From: Octopus vulgaris
Lineage: Eukaryota
Length of the DNA stretch: 64,000 bases
Assembly: GCA_951406725.2 (NCBI GenBank)
Contig: OX597832.1
Span: forward strand, 2,604,001-2,668,000
Direction: 5' to 3'
The notes beneath the pieces were generated by a model. That model did not search any database. It was not told the origin of the DNA and saw only the letters and a program-made list of their open reading frames with translations. Both the position numbers and the translations under genes were made by a program. Of the stretch, positions 13,339 through 24,193 are shown in pieces; the first letter of the stretch is position 1, and each line of letters opens with the position of its first letter.

Positions 13339-16300
13339 ATATATATATATGTGTGTGTGTGTGTATATATATGTATATATATACATACATGCATACACCT
13401 TGTTTAAGTCATTAAACTACTGCGATGCTGGGGCACCACCTTGAAGAATTTTAGTTAGATGAATCAACCCTAGAAGTTATATTTTAAAGTCTGGTACTTT
13501 TTCTATTGATTGCTTTTGCCAAACTGCCTAGTTATAGGGATGTAAATACAACATCAGTTGTCAAGCATAGGTGGGGAATAAACACAGACACAAAGACACA
13601 CACACACATGGCAGATTTCTTTCAGTTTCTGTCTTCCAAGTCCATTCATAACACTTTGGTCTGCCCATGGCTATTGTAGAAAACAACTTGCCCAAGATGT
13701 CATGCAGTGGGACATGTACATATTTATTTCTTACATTTTCTTAACCTCACTATCCATCCCTCTTTCAGGAAGGAGTAACACCCAAACAGCTGGACAAACT
13801 CACCAAAAAGTTTGGTTTTCCAGTTGGCCTTGCAACTCTAGTTGATGAAGTTGGCATTGATGTTGCTGCCCATGTTGCTGAGGATCTTGGTAAAGCTTTT
13901 GGGTCACGCTTTGGTGGTGGAAATGTTGAGTTACTCAAAGAAATGGTTTCTAGAGGAGCTTTAGGTAAATTTTTTATTTCTGCTGTCTCACTTTTTGTAT
14001 TTCTCATTTTTTTTAAAAACTTTACTTTTGTTTCTCCATGCTGCCATAGTTTTAGAATAATCTGCCAACTTGGAGTTTTATATGTATTCGCAGAATTATG
14101 TTTGACAGCCATGTCTCTTTCCTACAATCAATCTCTACTTGAGTCTGTTTAATGTTTTCCAACAAATTGGGAGGATTAGAGGAACTTTTCTTATTAGTAC
14201 AAACATTGAAATTATACAGCATGATGTATAATGTTGATGAAATTATATAGTGTGGTGTGTAATGGGGCCACTTGACAGAATCATTATGCATTTCACTCTT
14301 TCAGAGTCAATAAATAAAATACTAGTCTTGCACTGAAATCAGTTCCTTTTTCTCACTTTGACTTTATTTTGGAAAAAGTTCATCATCATTGTTTAATGTC
14401 TGCCTTCCATGCTAGCATGCATTGGACGGTTTGACAGGAGCTCCTATGTCTATTTTGGCATGGTTTTTATGGCTGGGTGCCCTTCCTGACACCAACCACC
14501 CTGTACAGTGGACTGAGTGCTTTTTATGTGTCACTAGCACAGGCGAGGTCAGTTTTGGCATGGTTTTTACAGCTTGATGCCCTTCCAAATGCCAACCACT
14601 TTACAGTGTGGACAGGATGCTTTTTACATAGGTTGTCTGTAATAAAACCTGGAGAGGCAAAGACTTCACCAGATGTAAAAATGCCCAAATCTTGCTATAT
14701 GTTATGTTGGTGCTCCAGTGACTCCATGAAAGAGCTGAACACCTAAGGCAAGCATGTTGCATATGCCTCATCTGCCTAATATTGCATATATCTTTTTCCT
14801 CTTGTGATGTTAATGTCACAGTTCAGACATTCATCCATCATTTGGCATTAGTATCTCCAGTATCTTTAATGTTTCCTGAGAGATGAGATGGAGGAATTCT
14901 CAAGCATCTTATTGGTTGCTAACAACAAGCCAAATAGGGCAACATACATTAATCCCTATGCTAGAATCTATAACACTTTGGAATGTGATCCTAGTGGTTG
15001 AGAGCCATGGGAATTGTGATAAAAATTGTCTTTTAATTGAACACACTTCTTTAGCTCATATCTCTGTGAAGCTGGGTGGTTGGACTGAACCTGATCCAGA
15101 CTTTGCTTTGATTTTATTTATTTATTCATTCATTCATTTATTTAGTACTTCAAGACATAAAGTGGCAGCAGTAAGGTCAATCAGTAACTGTACAACAATA
15201 GTTGTATTATTAAATTATTAATAGTAGCAATAGTTGTAAAAGTTATAAAAACATTGGAACTTTGAACACTATAAACAGTGTCTTTGATAACGAGCAAAAT
15301 CCAAGAAACAATTTGAAACCTGACCAATAATATAAATTATGTCAGAGAAATTAAAAAATGCTGAAGTTGAAACAAGGAAGCTCCTAAAGTTTAAAACAGA
15401 CCAAGTCTCTTATCACAGTTGTTTACCTTCTGTATAAATGCAAGTTTATGTGGTTATGTATGTCTGTTTAGCCTCAAAAGACTCTAAAATGGTGCACCCT
15501 TGAGAAAAATGAATTTGATTTTTGAAATCTGCATCCCAAAGAGAATGTTGTATGTAAATAATAATAAAAAAATATAACCTGCCATGAGAAATGACTCAAC
15601 TTTTAGATTGATAAATCTGCTCTCTGTCACCATCAGGCTATTTCTCTTTTATGCCTTTCCTTCTCTCTATATATTTACCTCAATCTCTGTCTCTCTCTTT
15701 CTCTGTTTACTTTCATTTTATGATACACTGCTATTATGCACAAAATGTTAGCTGACAAATCATGTTTTCTTATTGGATAAAAATTATTATACTTTAAACC
15801 TGTGTAATATTTTACTAAAATATTTCTGGAATAAATGAATCTCATAATTGGATTCAGCATGAAAAAGTACATCAATATACCAAATTTGAAAATTTTCACT
15901 TAATTTTAAAATTTCTAAATCTGTGACAGTAACAGAAAAGATCTCTCTCTCTCTTTCATTTTTCACTTTTTTCATCTATATCTATATATATTTGCTACAC
16001 TCTCTGCTGACTTTGTGTGTGAGTAAGTGAGTGACTGAGAGAGGAATTTTATTAGAGTAACAAAGTGATTTCAAAAAGGTATGTAAAAGATAATTTATTT
16101 TAATAGCATACTTTTCTGTTAGTAAATGTGTTTTTCCTTATACACACAAGCAGAGACTCACTTGATATGGAGTGGATGTTAAAAATTTTAATTGCAGAAT
16201 TATTTTTTGGTGCTGCTTAAATCCCAGCAATGGATCACCCTTGGGTTAAACAAAACTGTCACTTTTACATCATAATTCCATAAAATGTGTTTATGGAGAT

Positions 16301-17120
16301 AAAAATATTGAAAAAAATTAATACATGTCAGAGTGGCAAAGAAACAAGGAAGGTACCAAATGGACATGGGATATACTAGAAACAAAAGCTAAATCTCCCT
16401 TAAATCACGCACCTTTGCATCTGAAAATTATTTTGAAATTATAAACAGAAACAAATTGCAGATTTAATTTTTTAAACCGAATCATCTTTAATATTTTGAC
16501 AAATCAAAAGCAACCACAATGTGGATGTAACCCCTATTTATAAAAACAAAATGCGTTGGGCTAATAGATTACTCTTTATTACTATTGCAGGTCGGAAGAC
16601 TGGTAAAGGTTGTTTCCTTTATGAAAAGAAATCAAAAGATAAAACAGAAAACCCTGAAGTGGCTGAGATAATCAGCAAATTTTCTCTTGAACCCAAAGTT
16701 GTGTAAGTTACAAGCTACACTGTTTTGTTTTCAATATTTATCATTCTTTCAAGGTAGTGGTAGTGAGCTGGCAGAATTGTTAGCACACTGGGTGAAATGC
16801 TTAGTCACATTTTGTCCATCTTTACTTTCTGAGTTCAAATTCCACTGAAGTCAACTTTGCCCTTCATCACTTTCAGGGTCAATAAAATAAGTACCTGTTG
16901 AGCACTGGAGTTGATGTAATTGATTTACCCCCTCCCCCAAAATTACTGGCTTTGTGCCAAAATTTGAAATCAATTTTTATTATTCTTTCACTGTGTCGGC
17001 CATTCTCGGGCTCTGCTTTCAAGAGTTTTAGCTGACCATATTGAACCTAGTACTTATTGTATTGTTACATTTTAGTTTTGATGAAGATACACAGCTTGAC
17101 ATCAGTTTACATAACATAAA

Positions 17121-17180
<60 letters not shown>

Positions 17181-20100
17181 TTATTTCTTTCTGATTTAAT
17201 GTTGCATATGGATGCAGGTTCATGGCTGAGTGATTAAGAATTCTGCTTCTTACCAGGTTCAGTGTCATTGCATGATATTTTAGGCAATTATCTTTAACCT
17301 TGTTTAAACCTTGGATTGACCAAAGAATAGTAAGTGAAACTGGGTTTCCCAGAAACTGTATGGTAGCCCATCAGATGGACTGTATCTGTAAATCAAAGAT
17401 ACATCTTTGTCACATTTGTGTCTAATCAATTATGCTTGTGAATTACATCATTACTCAGCCATTTCATATGCAAATTCAATAAGTAGGTCATTCAATTTCT
17501 GTTTGCCATGGACTTCTTGTCAATGTTCACATCAGATTTGAAAACTGACAGGAGAGTCCATCACAAGCCATCATGTTGTTTTGTTACACCAGCATGTGGT
17601 GTCCATTGTATATCCATATATTTCTTTTCCTCTATCAATCAGGCAGACTATTTCAGACACCTTTCACACCCGAAATCCTGGTTCTCTTTCAATCTGCTAC
17701 AGCTTAGCTTTTATATGCACTGACTACAAAATATTATTGACAGCTAAACTATTCCATTTCTATATGTTTGGCAGATTCATGTATTTTAGACTCTTCTGCC
17801 ATATGTCTCTTGCTTCTATTACTATCTGTATTGCTGTGTATCTAGCTCACTATTTAACTTTATTGCTACTTAGCCTTTCCCTATATTACCATCGCTTTCT
17901 ACTTAGTAATACATTCTTACAAATAATTTCCACACAAGCCACTAGAAAAATTGTGTAAGTTATATCTATTTCTTATTTTATGTATGTATATTTTTTAACA
18001 TTTGGGAAAATATGTCTTTATATTTACAAATCTTATCACTTTCTTTGTTGTATGCTTGTCTTTGATCTTATCTACATCGTTTTATATATATATATATATA
18101 TTTGTTATATGTTTGTCATTAATCTTATCTAGATGAAGATTTCTTTTCTAGATTTGCATATTAATTACTATTAAATGCAACATTGATAACATTTCCATTT
18201 TATTTTTCAGAAATACTGATGAGGTTATACAATATCGTCTATTTTCTCGATTTGTCAATGAAGCCATATTGTGTCTTCAAGAAGGCATCTTAGCTAATCC
18301 TGTAAGTAAATTTCTCGTTTAATCCTTTCTTAGTCATTCATGGATACCATCCCCGCCTTTATTATACGTATCTATTTTAATAAATCTTTCCTTTTATTTT
18401 ATTCTTTTGTTTTTGCCTTTAATATTTTACTGCTACAGTTCTGATAGTTGGGCTGACATGAACAGCAGTATTTACCAATATACTGAAATAATTTTAGAAA
18501 AGTCAACTTTTTTGAAAGTGTTGCTAGTCTGTGTAGTTCTTAATTCATCAGGAAGATCTCGAAACACTTTTGGCGGTAAAAAGAGACAGATTTTATGATA
18601 CATTTGTATAGAATTAATCTTGTGCATATTAATCTAGCATATTTGGTTAGGATGTCAGTTGAGATTGTTCTAAAGCTGCTGTTACAGTGTGGAAATAAAC
18701 TTCACAGTAATTTGTGGAAGAAAGTAGCAACCACCAACAGAATCTTGGTTGCCACATATGTATCTGCCATCCACTTTCCAGATATCCAAAAGGCATTTGA
18801 TATTATTATGAGTATGCAATAAATTTGATGTATGGCTGCACATGCTATTTGTTCATGTTACAAAAAATATATTCAAGAAGAAATAGTGTATATGTTTAAG
18901 AACATATACACTATTGTGTATATGTTACTTTTTTGGGGACTTCACCTCTGAACATATACACTATTGTGTATATGTTACTTTTTTGGGGACTTCACCTCTG
19001 AACATATACACTATTGTGTATATGTTACTTTTTTGGGGACTTCACCTCTGAAAATTCTTACTCTTATGTTTTCTTCCAGTCATCAATATTGAACACTACT
19101 ATTATTAGAGTCCCAACAATCATGATTTTCATTATCATTAGTGTCACTTCCATATTGCCATGAAGCTGCAGATTGGCCGTATCTAATTATAACTGCTGCC
19201 CTCTTAATATCTTAATACATGCAGCTCTAAAATGTCAGTGCTAGTTCCATTGATACGTTTGGTAGTGTTTCTCACTATACCAAGTAATTTTGGTTGGAAA
19301 TTTTACAATTTAATTTGTTCTTTTCAATCAAAGAGCATTTATTGTGGCATCAGCACTAAAGAACTTCTGTCAAATGAAGTAGTTATTGTTTTTACTCAAA
19401 CTTCAGTAGTCTACAAGACAACCCTTTCATGTTGAGTCTGTTAAATCGTTTGTGACAATATGATTTTTTTGGCAAAACTTTCAATGTTCCCAATGTTTTA
19501 TATATTATCATTAAACAGCTAGAAGGAGATATCGGTGCTGTCTTTGGACTGGGCTTCCCACCATTTTTAGGCGGTGAGTTATATCTATGTATACACACAC
19601 ATTTTTTAATTCCCCATCATTTTTTCTCTTTTTGATACTATACTGTCTGAGACTGCTCCTGGTCCTATCATACAAACTTCCTGCTTAAAATGATTTAAAT
19701 GATAACCTTCCATAATAACTTCATATTAGTTTATGTTCTAAACAGCAGCTTAACCCTTTGGATCCTTTTGACAAGCCTTACAGAGGGCATGCACTTTTTA
19801 AAAAAAAAAAAATTAAAAACAATAAAGTAATTACTTTACATATATAAAACTATGTATATTCTTGTAGGAAATTGAATGAACTAATACAATTTTCTTTGTT
19901 ATTCAACTTTTTGGCCAATAGATTAGACCTGGTGTCTCCTAAGGGTTAATAAGGACAAAGTTATTTTTTATTAAATTCTTCATTATTTTCAAAATTAATT
20001 GAAACACAAGCAGTGCATTTCAATAGAAGTTTGATATCAAAAAGGTTTTTAAAAAATCTAACCATTTCTAAATGGAAGTGTATATTAACATGTTTTTTTT

Positions 20101-20396
20101 TAATGGAAAGTTTATTGTAATATTATTTGAATTGTATTATGTCTTATGTGTATGATGTATTCTATAATTATTCTAGATTTCTATAAGTTTATTCAATAAA
20201 ATGTCCCTGAAATATTCTGTTATTCTGTTTAATGAAATCTTTAATGATAATTTAACAAAACATTTTCCTTAATAATTTTGTTAGACAATTCTTCTGCAAT
20301 ATTTTCTTTGATTAAACCATTCTCAGTAAAACAATTCAATATCTCCTAATATAATAATGAGCGTAGTGTTTTTATATATTTGTGTGTGTGTGTGTT

Positions 20397-20429
<33 letters not shown>

Positions 20430-21202
20430 GTAAAATGATATGTGACAGTTATTCGGTAGCCAAGATAAAACTCTGAGCTTCAGATGCCGAGGTGGAAATC
20501 CACAACACCATCTCTTCGGGTGCAGGAGGGAGTAGGAGAAAGAGTATATAAGTGAGGGGAGAGGAGAGAAAATAGTAATTCAGTGAAGGAGAAGTAGTGA
20601 GAGTAATAGTCCTGACTGAGAGGGAGTGAGAGAAAGTAATAGCAATGAGAGAGAAGAAGTGGCAAAGAGCACATCATGTATCTTATGTTTTTCTCCGTCA
20701 CAACATATGAACGAGAAAGGAAGGAGTGATAGATGAATAATGAAAGAAGTGGGTGCTGGCAAACCCAGAGTGGGATGATGGAAGTTCTATAGTGAAAAAA
20801 AATCAAACAGCATTTCAACTCTGTGTGAGTATATATGTGTATGTGTACAAGAGAAGTATTTGAATGGTTGTATCTGTGATCATTATGTACCTTATTTTGG
20901 TACATAATAATTTTGGTATTTCCTTTAAAGATCTTAACTGGTGTAATATTTAGTTCTACATAATGATATTTTGTTTAATGTTTCTGTTCTTTGTAATATG
21001 ATTGTAATACTCTTTCATAAAACACTCTTCCATATATATTGTTGATTTTGTAGGTCCTTTTCGGTATGTGGATCTTCATGGAGCAAAGCAGTTAGTGGAC
21101 AGAATGTCTGTATTTGAAAGTCACTATGGAGAACACTTCGCTCCTTGTCAACTACTGAAGGATCATGCAAATGACAGCAGTAAATTATTTCATAAAAAGT
21201 GA
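2575..21202 (+). CDS. HADHA: Mitochondrial trifunctional enzyme subunit alpha, 3' part; join(2575-2745,4727-4862,6906-6992,8055-8142,11855-11976,13769-13964,16591-16702,18211-18301,19519-19573,21054-21202); 5' exons lie outside the window
   Basis: Spliced translation gives [111 protein letters not shown], collinear with the 3-hydroxyacyl-CoA dehydrogenase half of HADHA; all introns GT-AG, phases consistent. Confidence 0.97.
3225..4150 (+). mobile_element. Highly decayed CR1/L2/jockey-type LINE RT remnant
   Basis: Fragments translate to [23 protein letters not shown] and [10 protein letters not shown]; many stops and frameshifts. Confidence 0.55.
4727..4862 (+). CDS. HADHA: HADHA exon
   Basis: ttcag|T TTA GAA...GAA AAA|gtaaat; [18 protein letters not shown]. 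Confidence 0.95.
6378..6758. mobile_element. Foldback MITE with ~135-bp imperfect terminal inverted repeats
   Basis: Left arm aacataacatggcattcctgtaaaggacgatgttactgttgttttag... is the reverse complement of right arm ...ctaaaacaacagtaacatcgtcctttacaggactgccatgttatgtt. Confidence 0.85.
6906..6992 (+). CDS. HADHA: HADHA exon
   Basis: ttcag|TAT ATC CCA...GAA ATG|gtatgt; [21 protein letters not shown]. Confidence 0.95.
7460..7887 (+). mobile_element. RTE LINE 3' UTR copy
   Basis: Four ggtggcac modules, ggttggcgttaggaagggcatccagctg, (GAT)n tail. Confidence 0.88.
8055..8142 (+). CDS. HADHA: HADHA exon (catalytic His, GMHYFSP)
   Basis: aaag|GTA ATT GGA ATG CAC...ATA G|gtaaat. Confidence 0.95.
8230..8400 (-). 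repeat. Dispersed repeat, probable Penelope-like element terminal region
   Basis: Second copy at ~43962-44144; this copy lies 3' of the minus-strand GIY-YIG remnant at 9145-9375. Confidence 0.55.
9060..9700 (-). mobile_element. Penelope-like element fragment (GIY-YIG endonuclease plus part of RT)
   Basis: [13 protein letters not shown]...[16 protein letters not shown] is a GIY-YIG signature; 9417-9697 is an inverted copy of 10588-10844. Confidence 0.8.
9800..10980 (+). mobile_element. Penelope-like element reverse transcriptase remnant
   Basis: [40 protein letters not shown] and a QGAAI-like motif; stops and frameshifts. Confidence 0.85.
11000..11440 (-). mobile_element. Mariner transposon 5' fragment
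   Basis: [16 protein letters not shown]...[20 protein letters not shown] resembles the mariner N-terminal HTH region. Confidence 0.7.
11855..11976 (+). CDS. HADHA: HADHA exon
   Basis: ttag|CA CGT GCT...TTA CAG|gtaatt; [25 protein letters not shown]. Confidence 0.95.
12414..13305 (+). mobile_element. Internally deleted mariner element with TIRs
   Basis: Imperfect ~30-bp TIRs (tgaagtgacatcaaaatgttcccaaactagt / actagctggcgaactttttgataccacctca) flanked by TA; HNNAPCH and [12 protein letters not shown] motifs. Confidence 0.85.
13400..13713 (-). mobile_element. tRNA-derived SINE, family B (CORE-like cttgggcaagt)
   Basis: Reverse complement matches 50780-51065; same orientation as 53945-54349. 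Confidence 0.7.
13769..13964 (+). CDS. HADHA: HADHA exon
   Basis: ttcag|GAA GGA GTA...TTA G|gtaaat; [27 protein letters not shown]. Confidence 0.96.
14381..14625 (-). mobile_element. Diverged RTE-type 3' tail
   Basis: (CAT)n, ttccatgctagcatg, gatgcccttccaaatgccaacc. Confidence 0.7.
16591..16702 (+). CDS. HADHA: HADHA exon
   Basis: gcag|GT CGG AAG ACT GGT AAA...GTT GT|gtaagt; [11 protein letters not shown]. Confidence 0.94.
16752..16975 (+). mobile_element. tRNA-derived SINE, family A (Nin/Deu-like core)
   Basis: B-box gagttcaaattcc followed by actttgcccttcatc...gggtcaataaaataagtacc; other copies at 30715, 53490 and 56485. Confidence 0.75.
17213..17390 (+). mobile_element. SINE family B, diverged
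   Basis: catggctgagtgattaagaa...ggttcagt...gaccaaag, as in 50780-51065. Confidence 0.55.
18211..18301 (+). CDS. HADHA: HADHA exon
   Basis: ttcag|A AAT ACT...AAT CCT|gtaagt; [19 protein letters not shown]. Confidence 0.95.
18901..19050. repeat. Three identical tandem 50-bp units, each with an internal hairpin
   Basis: aacatatacactattgtgtatatgttacttttttggggacttcacctctg x3. Confidence 0.95.
19519..19573 (+). CDS. HADHA: HADHA exon
   Basis: aacag|CTA GAA GGA...GGC G|gtgagt; [18 protein letters not shown]. Confidence 0.95.
19754..19945. mobile_element. piggyBac-type MITE, nested in an older piggyBac-like repeat (~19630-20047)
   Basis: TTAA|ccctttgga...tcctaaggg|TTAA; flank 19975-20046 resembles the reverse complement of the left end of the element at 34345. 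Confidence 0.55.
21054..21202 (+). CDS. HADHA: HADHA last coding exon
   Basis: gtag|GT CCT TTT CGG...AAA AAG TGA; [11 protein letters not shown]...[21 protein letters not shown]. Confidence 0.96.
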
Positions 21203-21239
21203 TTAAAAAGTAATGTGATTAAACAACTAATATCAGAGT

Positions 21240-21245
21240 AATAAA
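21240..21245 (+). promoter_or_regulatory. Candidate HADHA polyadenylation signal (alternative at 21366-21371)
   Basis: AATAAA ~40 nt after the stop codon; the AT-rich context weakens specificity. Confidence 0.4.
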
Positions 21246-21944
21246 GAATGTTGAACATTTCTTTTATTTACACTAAATGCAATATTGGTTTCCAATTTTG
21301 TTTAAAAAGAATGTAGCATAAATTATTGCTAAAAATACAAGAATTTAAGAAAACTATATTTGTAAAATAAAAATTATAATTTACTACATATTGTAATCTT
21401 AATATTTTTGAAACCTACATTTTTTATGTTGCTTTATGTCCACTTTTACCATACAAGCAAAGGTAAATAGATTTCGTAATTGTCAGCTTTTGCTTATTGT
21501 TGCTAAATGCTTTACACATGAAGCAATGAAACCTATTGTGGTTTAGGTACGTCATGGCAAACCTAGTATTATGGATTATCTCCATTAGTGTGATTGTCAT
21601 TACCATTGCAGTCATCATTTTTATTTCAGCATCCATTTTCTGTGATACTCATCTTGGGATGAGTGGGTCTAGAATACATACATCTTTGATACTCAGTAGT
21701 TTCATGTGTAATTAAATTAACTTCTCTCAAGTCTTCTAATGGTCTACCTTTATCATGATGAATTTTAACTACCTCAAAGAGTTCCCTTGATTATATTCAA
21801 GGAGGTACCCAAAAGTAACCAGAAACATTCCACCCATTCCTCTGCAAGAAGTATGTCCATGCCACCTACTCTGTCACTGTTACCTTTCTAGGGACATTAG
21901 AGCAAAGAAACAGGCCTGGAAGAGTGGGGGCAGCAAGGAACTGT

Positions 21945-22690
21945 ATCAGATACCCAGAAGGGAAGCTAGGAGACAGGTATATCTAGCCAAGGGAGAAGTA
22001 GAAACGAAGAAGTTTGTCTATGTTCAGCGTCGTGAGGACCAAATAAATGAAGTATTTCGGATTGCTAGGCAGTGTGTGAGAGAAAATTGTGATGTCATAG
22101 GAGAAAAATATGTTTGCATGGATGATAGTGCACTTGCTTTTAATGATTCTGCAAAAAAAGAGGCTTGGAGATGCCATTATGAAAGACTGCTGAATGTGGA
22201 AAATGAATGGGAGGAGGGAAACCTGCCAAATGTTGACCCAATTGAGGAACCAGCTACCCAAATCGACAGTACCCTGGTAGATAAAGCAATTAAGGATATG
22301 AAGACAGGGAAAGCCCCTGACCCATGAGGAATCACCACTGAGATGCTTAAAATATCTTGCAGTGTGGGTTATGGTCCAGTTACTCGTATTGTAAATCAGG
22401 TGGTTCATGAAAGAATCATACCCAATGACTGGTGTAGCAGAACCAATAGTCAGCTGCTACAACTGCCTTAGATAGAAATAATTACAGAAGTATCAAATTG
22501 TTAGATCAGGTAATGAAGTTATGGAGAGTTAGAGTCAGAGAGAGGTTAGTCTAGATGAGATGCAGTTTATGCCAAGCAAAAGCACCACTGATGCTATATT
22601 TCTCGCAAGGCAACTGCAAGAGAAATATCTAGCCAAAGATAAACCTCTGTACTTGGTTTTTGTTGACTTGGAGAAAGCTTTTGACAAGGG
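21945..22690 (+). mobile_element. RTE LINE internal (RT N-terminal) fragment
   Basis: AWRCHYERLLNVENEW, AIKDMKTGKAP, STTDAIFLARQLQEKYLAKDKPLYLVFVDLEKAFD. Confidence 0.88.
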
Positions 22691-24193
22691 AGAGAGAAGG
22701 TATGTTTTTTTTTTTGTTTTTGCTTGTTTGCATATATGTTTATGTAACAGTCTGCTATGTAGAAAATGATGTATAATGACAGTGGTCGAAGTTATAGACC
22801 CAATTTTTTTTTATTCAACTGTTACATGTGCCTTCTCGACTGCTACTGTGCAGCCTTAGTTTCTACTTGGTCTATTTTCATCATTATGGCATCATGCAAG
22901 GGACTGATAGAGTAATGTCTGTTGATGTGATGATGATGAAATACTAAGAGAAAGACGGGAGAGTTATAAAGTGAGGAGTTATCCTCATGAGAAAAGAGTT
23001 GCATGCAAAGGAAAAAAAGTTAAGAGTCTATAGATGTGCACAGAAACTGGGTGCAAGCATGCATATAGTTCTCTTGGTTGGGTAGCTGTCCTAAATGTTG
23101 CATTTATGTATGGCAACTGTTTCCCTAGTGGATCTGTGCATCGGGTTGCAGTACATTGTCTGCCACGTGGAATGTAATTGGTGTGTGTCCATTGAGTCGG
23201 TGACTTCATTCTTTTCGTGTTGTGTGACAATGGAACTGAAAACTATGAGTCGTGAAAGTTTGTGTCCTGTAATTGTTTTCAAGAGGTCATGCGATGCTGA
23301 AGCAGTAAGTCTTTGAAGTCAGGCTCACCAAATGTAATGGATAAGGTAACGGAGACTGCAATTCTGTGGCTCGGGAGTCCGCAATTGTGGCAGGGTTATT
23401 GTGTTCGAATCATGTTGTGAGTAACCAGCTGTATCATTGTGGTTGATGTATTCTAATAACGTCAGTCTGTCACCAAGTGTCGGAGCCGTCTAGCCGTGTA
23501 CCATGTGGCGCTTAATAACAAAAACTTTGCTCGTTGATTGTAGTCGACAGCGAGATGTGTTCTCTCTTGTCATTCTGTCAGTAGAGTGAGAAAGAGTAGG
23601 TAATGCTCGATGCTGACAATAGAGAATGTGAAGGTGGCATTGTCACTTCTTCATTTTGGCCGACTAGAAAAAGAGGTATATCATCGTGATAGCTATTGTC
23701 TTCGTGTGGTGTCCTTGTAGACCCGGAAAAGTTTAAAGTCAAATGGAAAACACATCAGTTGACTTAGCAAAGCCATGTGATGAAAGTAACTCAAAGAACA
23801 ATGCAGTTTATTCATTAGTGGAAATTTACCGATTTAGGTTCGAATTTAATCTATGTTCAAATGAAGTCACTACATATGTATAAATAGCTAGAGTTCGTTC
23901 TAACCATTTCTCTTATTTCTGTAAAATGCACATCTGTTTTGAAAATTGTGGAAGCAAATTTCAGAGAAGGAAATGGAAATATTAATTGTGCGTGGTAACA
24001 ATTTGTTTCTTGTTTGTTTGTTTTTTAATTTGGTTCAGACTCTCGATGTAATGGTTACCAATTCAAAAGCCATTGAAAAAATAAAAGACAAATAAAAACT
24101 TTAAACAGACTAAATTTGGCTTGCACGGGTTATTTCTGTGTGTATAAGACAATTTTGTAAAGGTATTTACAAATTAATTGTAAAGGTATTTAC

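Noticed and set aside
13765-14112. 115-aa minus-strand ORF
   Set aside because: Antisense shadow of a HADHA exon
16752-16850. tRNA gene
   Set aside because: The A/B-box-like head belongs to a multi-copy SINE and does not form a cloverleaf
18901-19050. CRISPR-like array of hairpin repeats
   Set aside because: Units are fully identical with no unique spacers, there are no cas genes, and it lies in a eukaryotic intron
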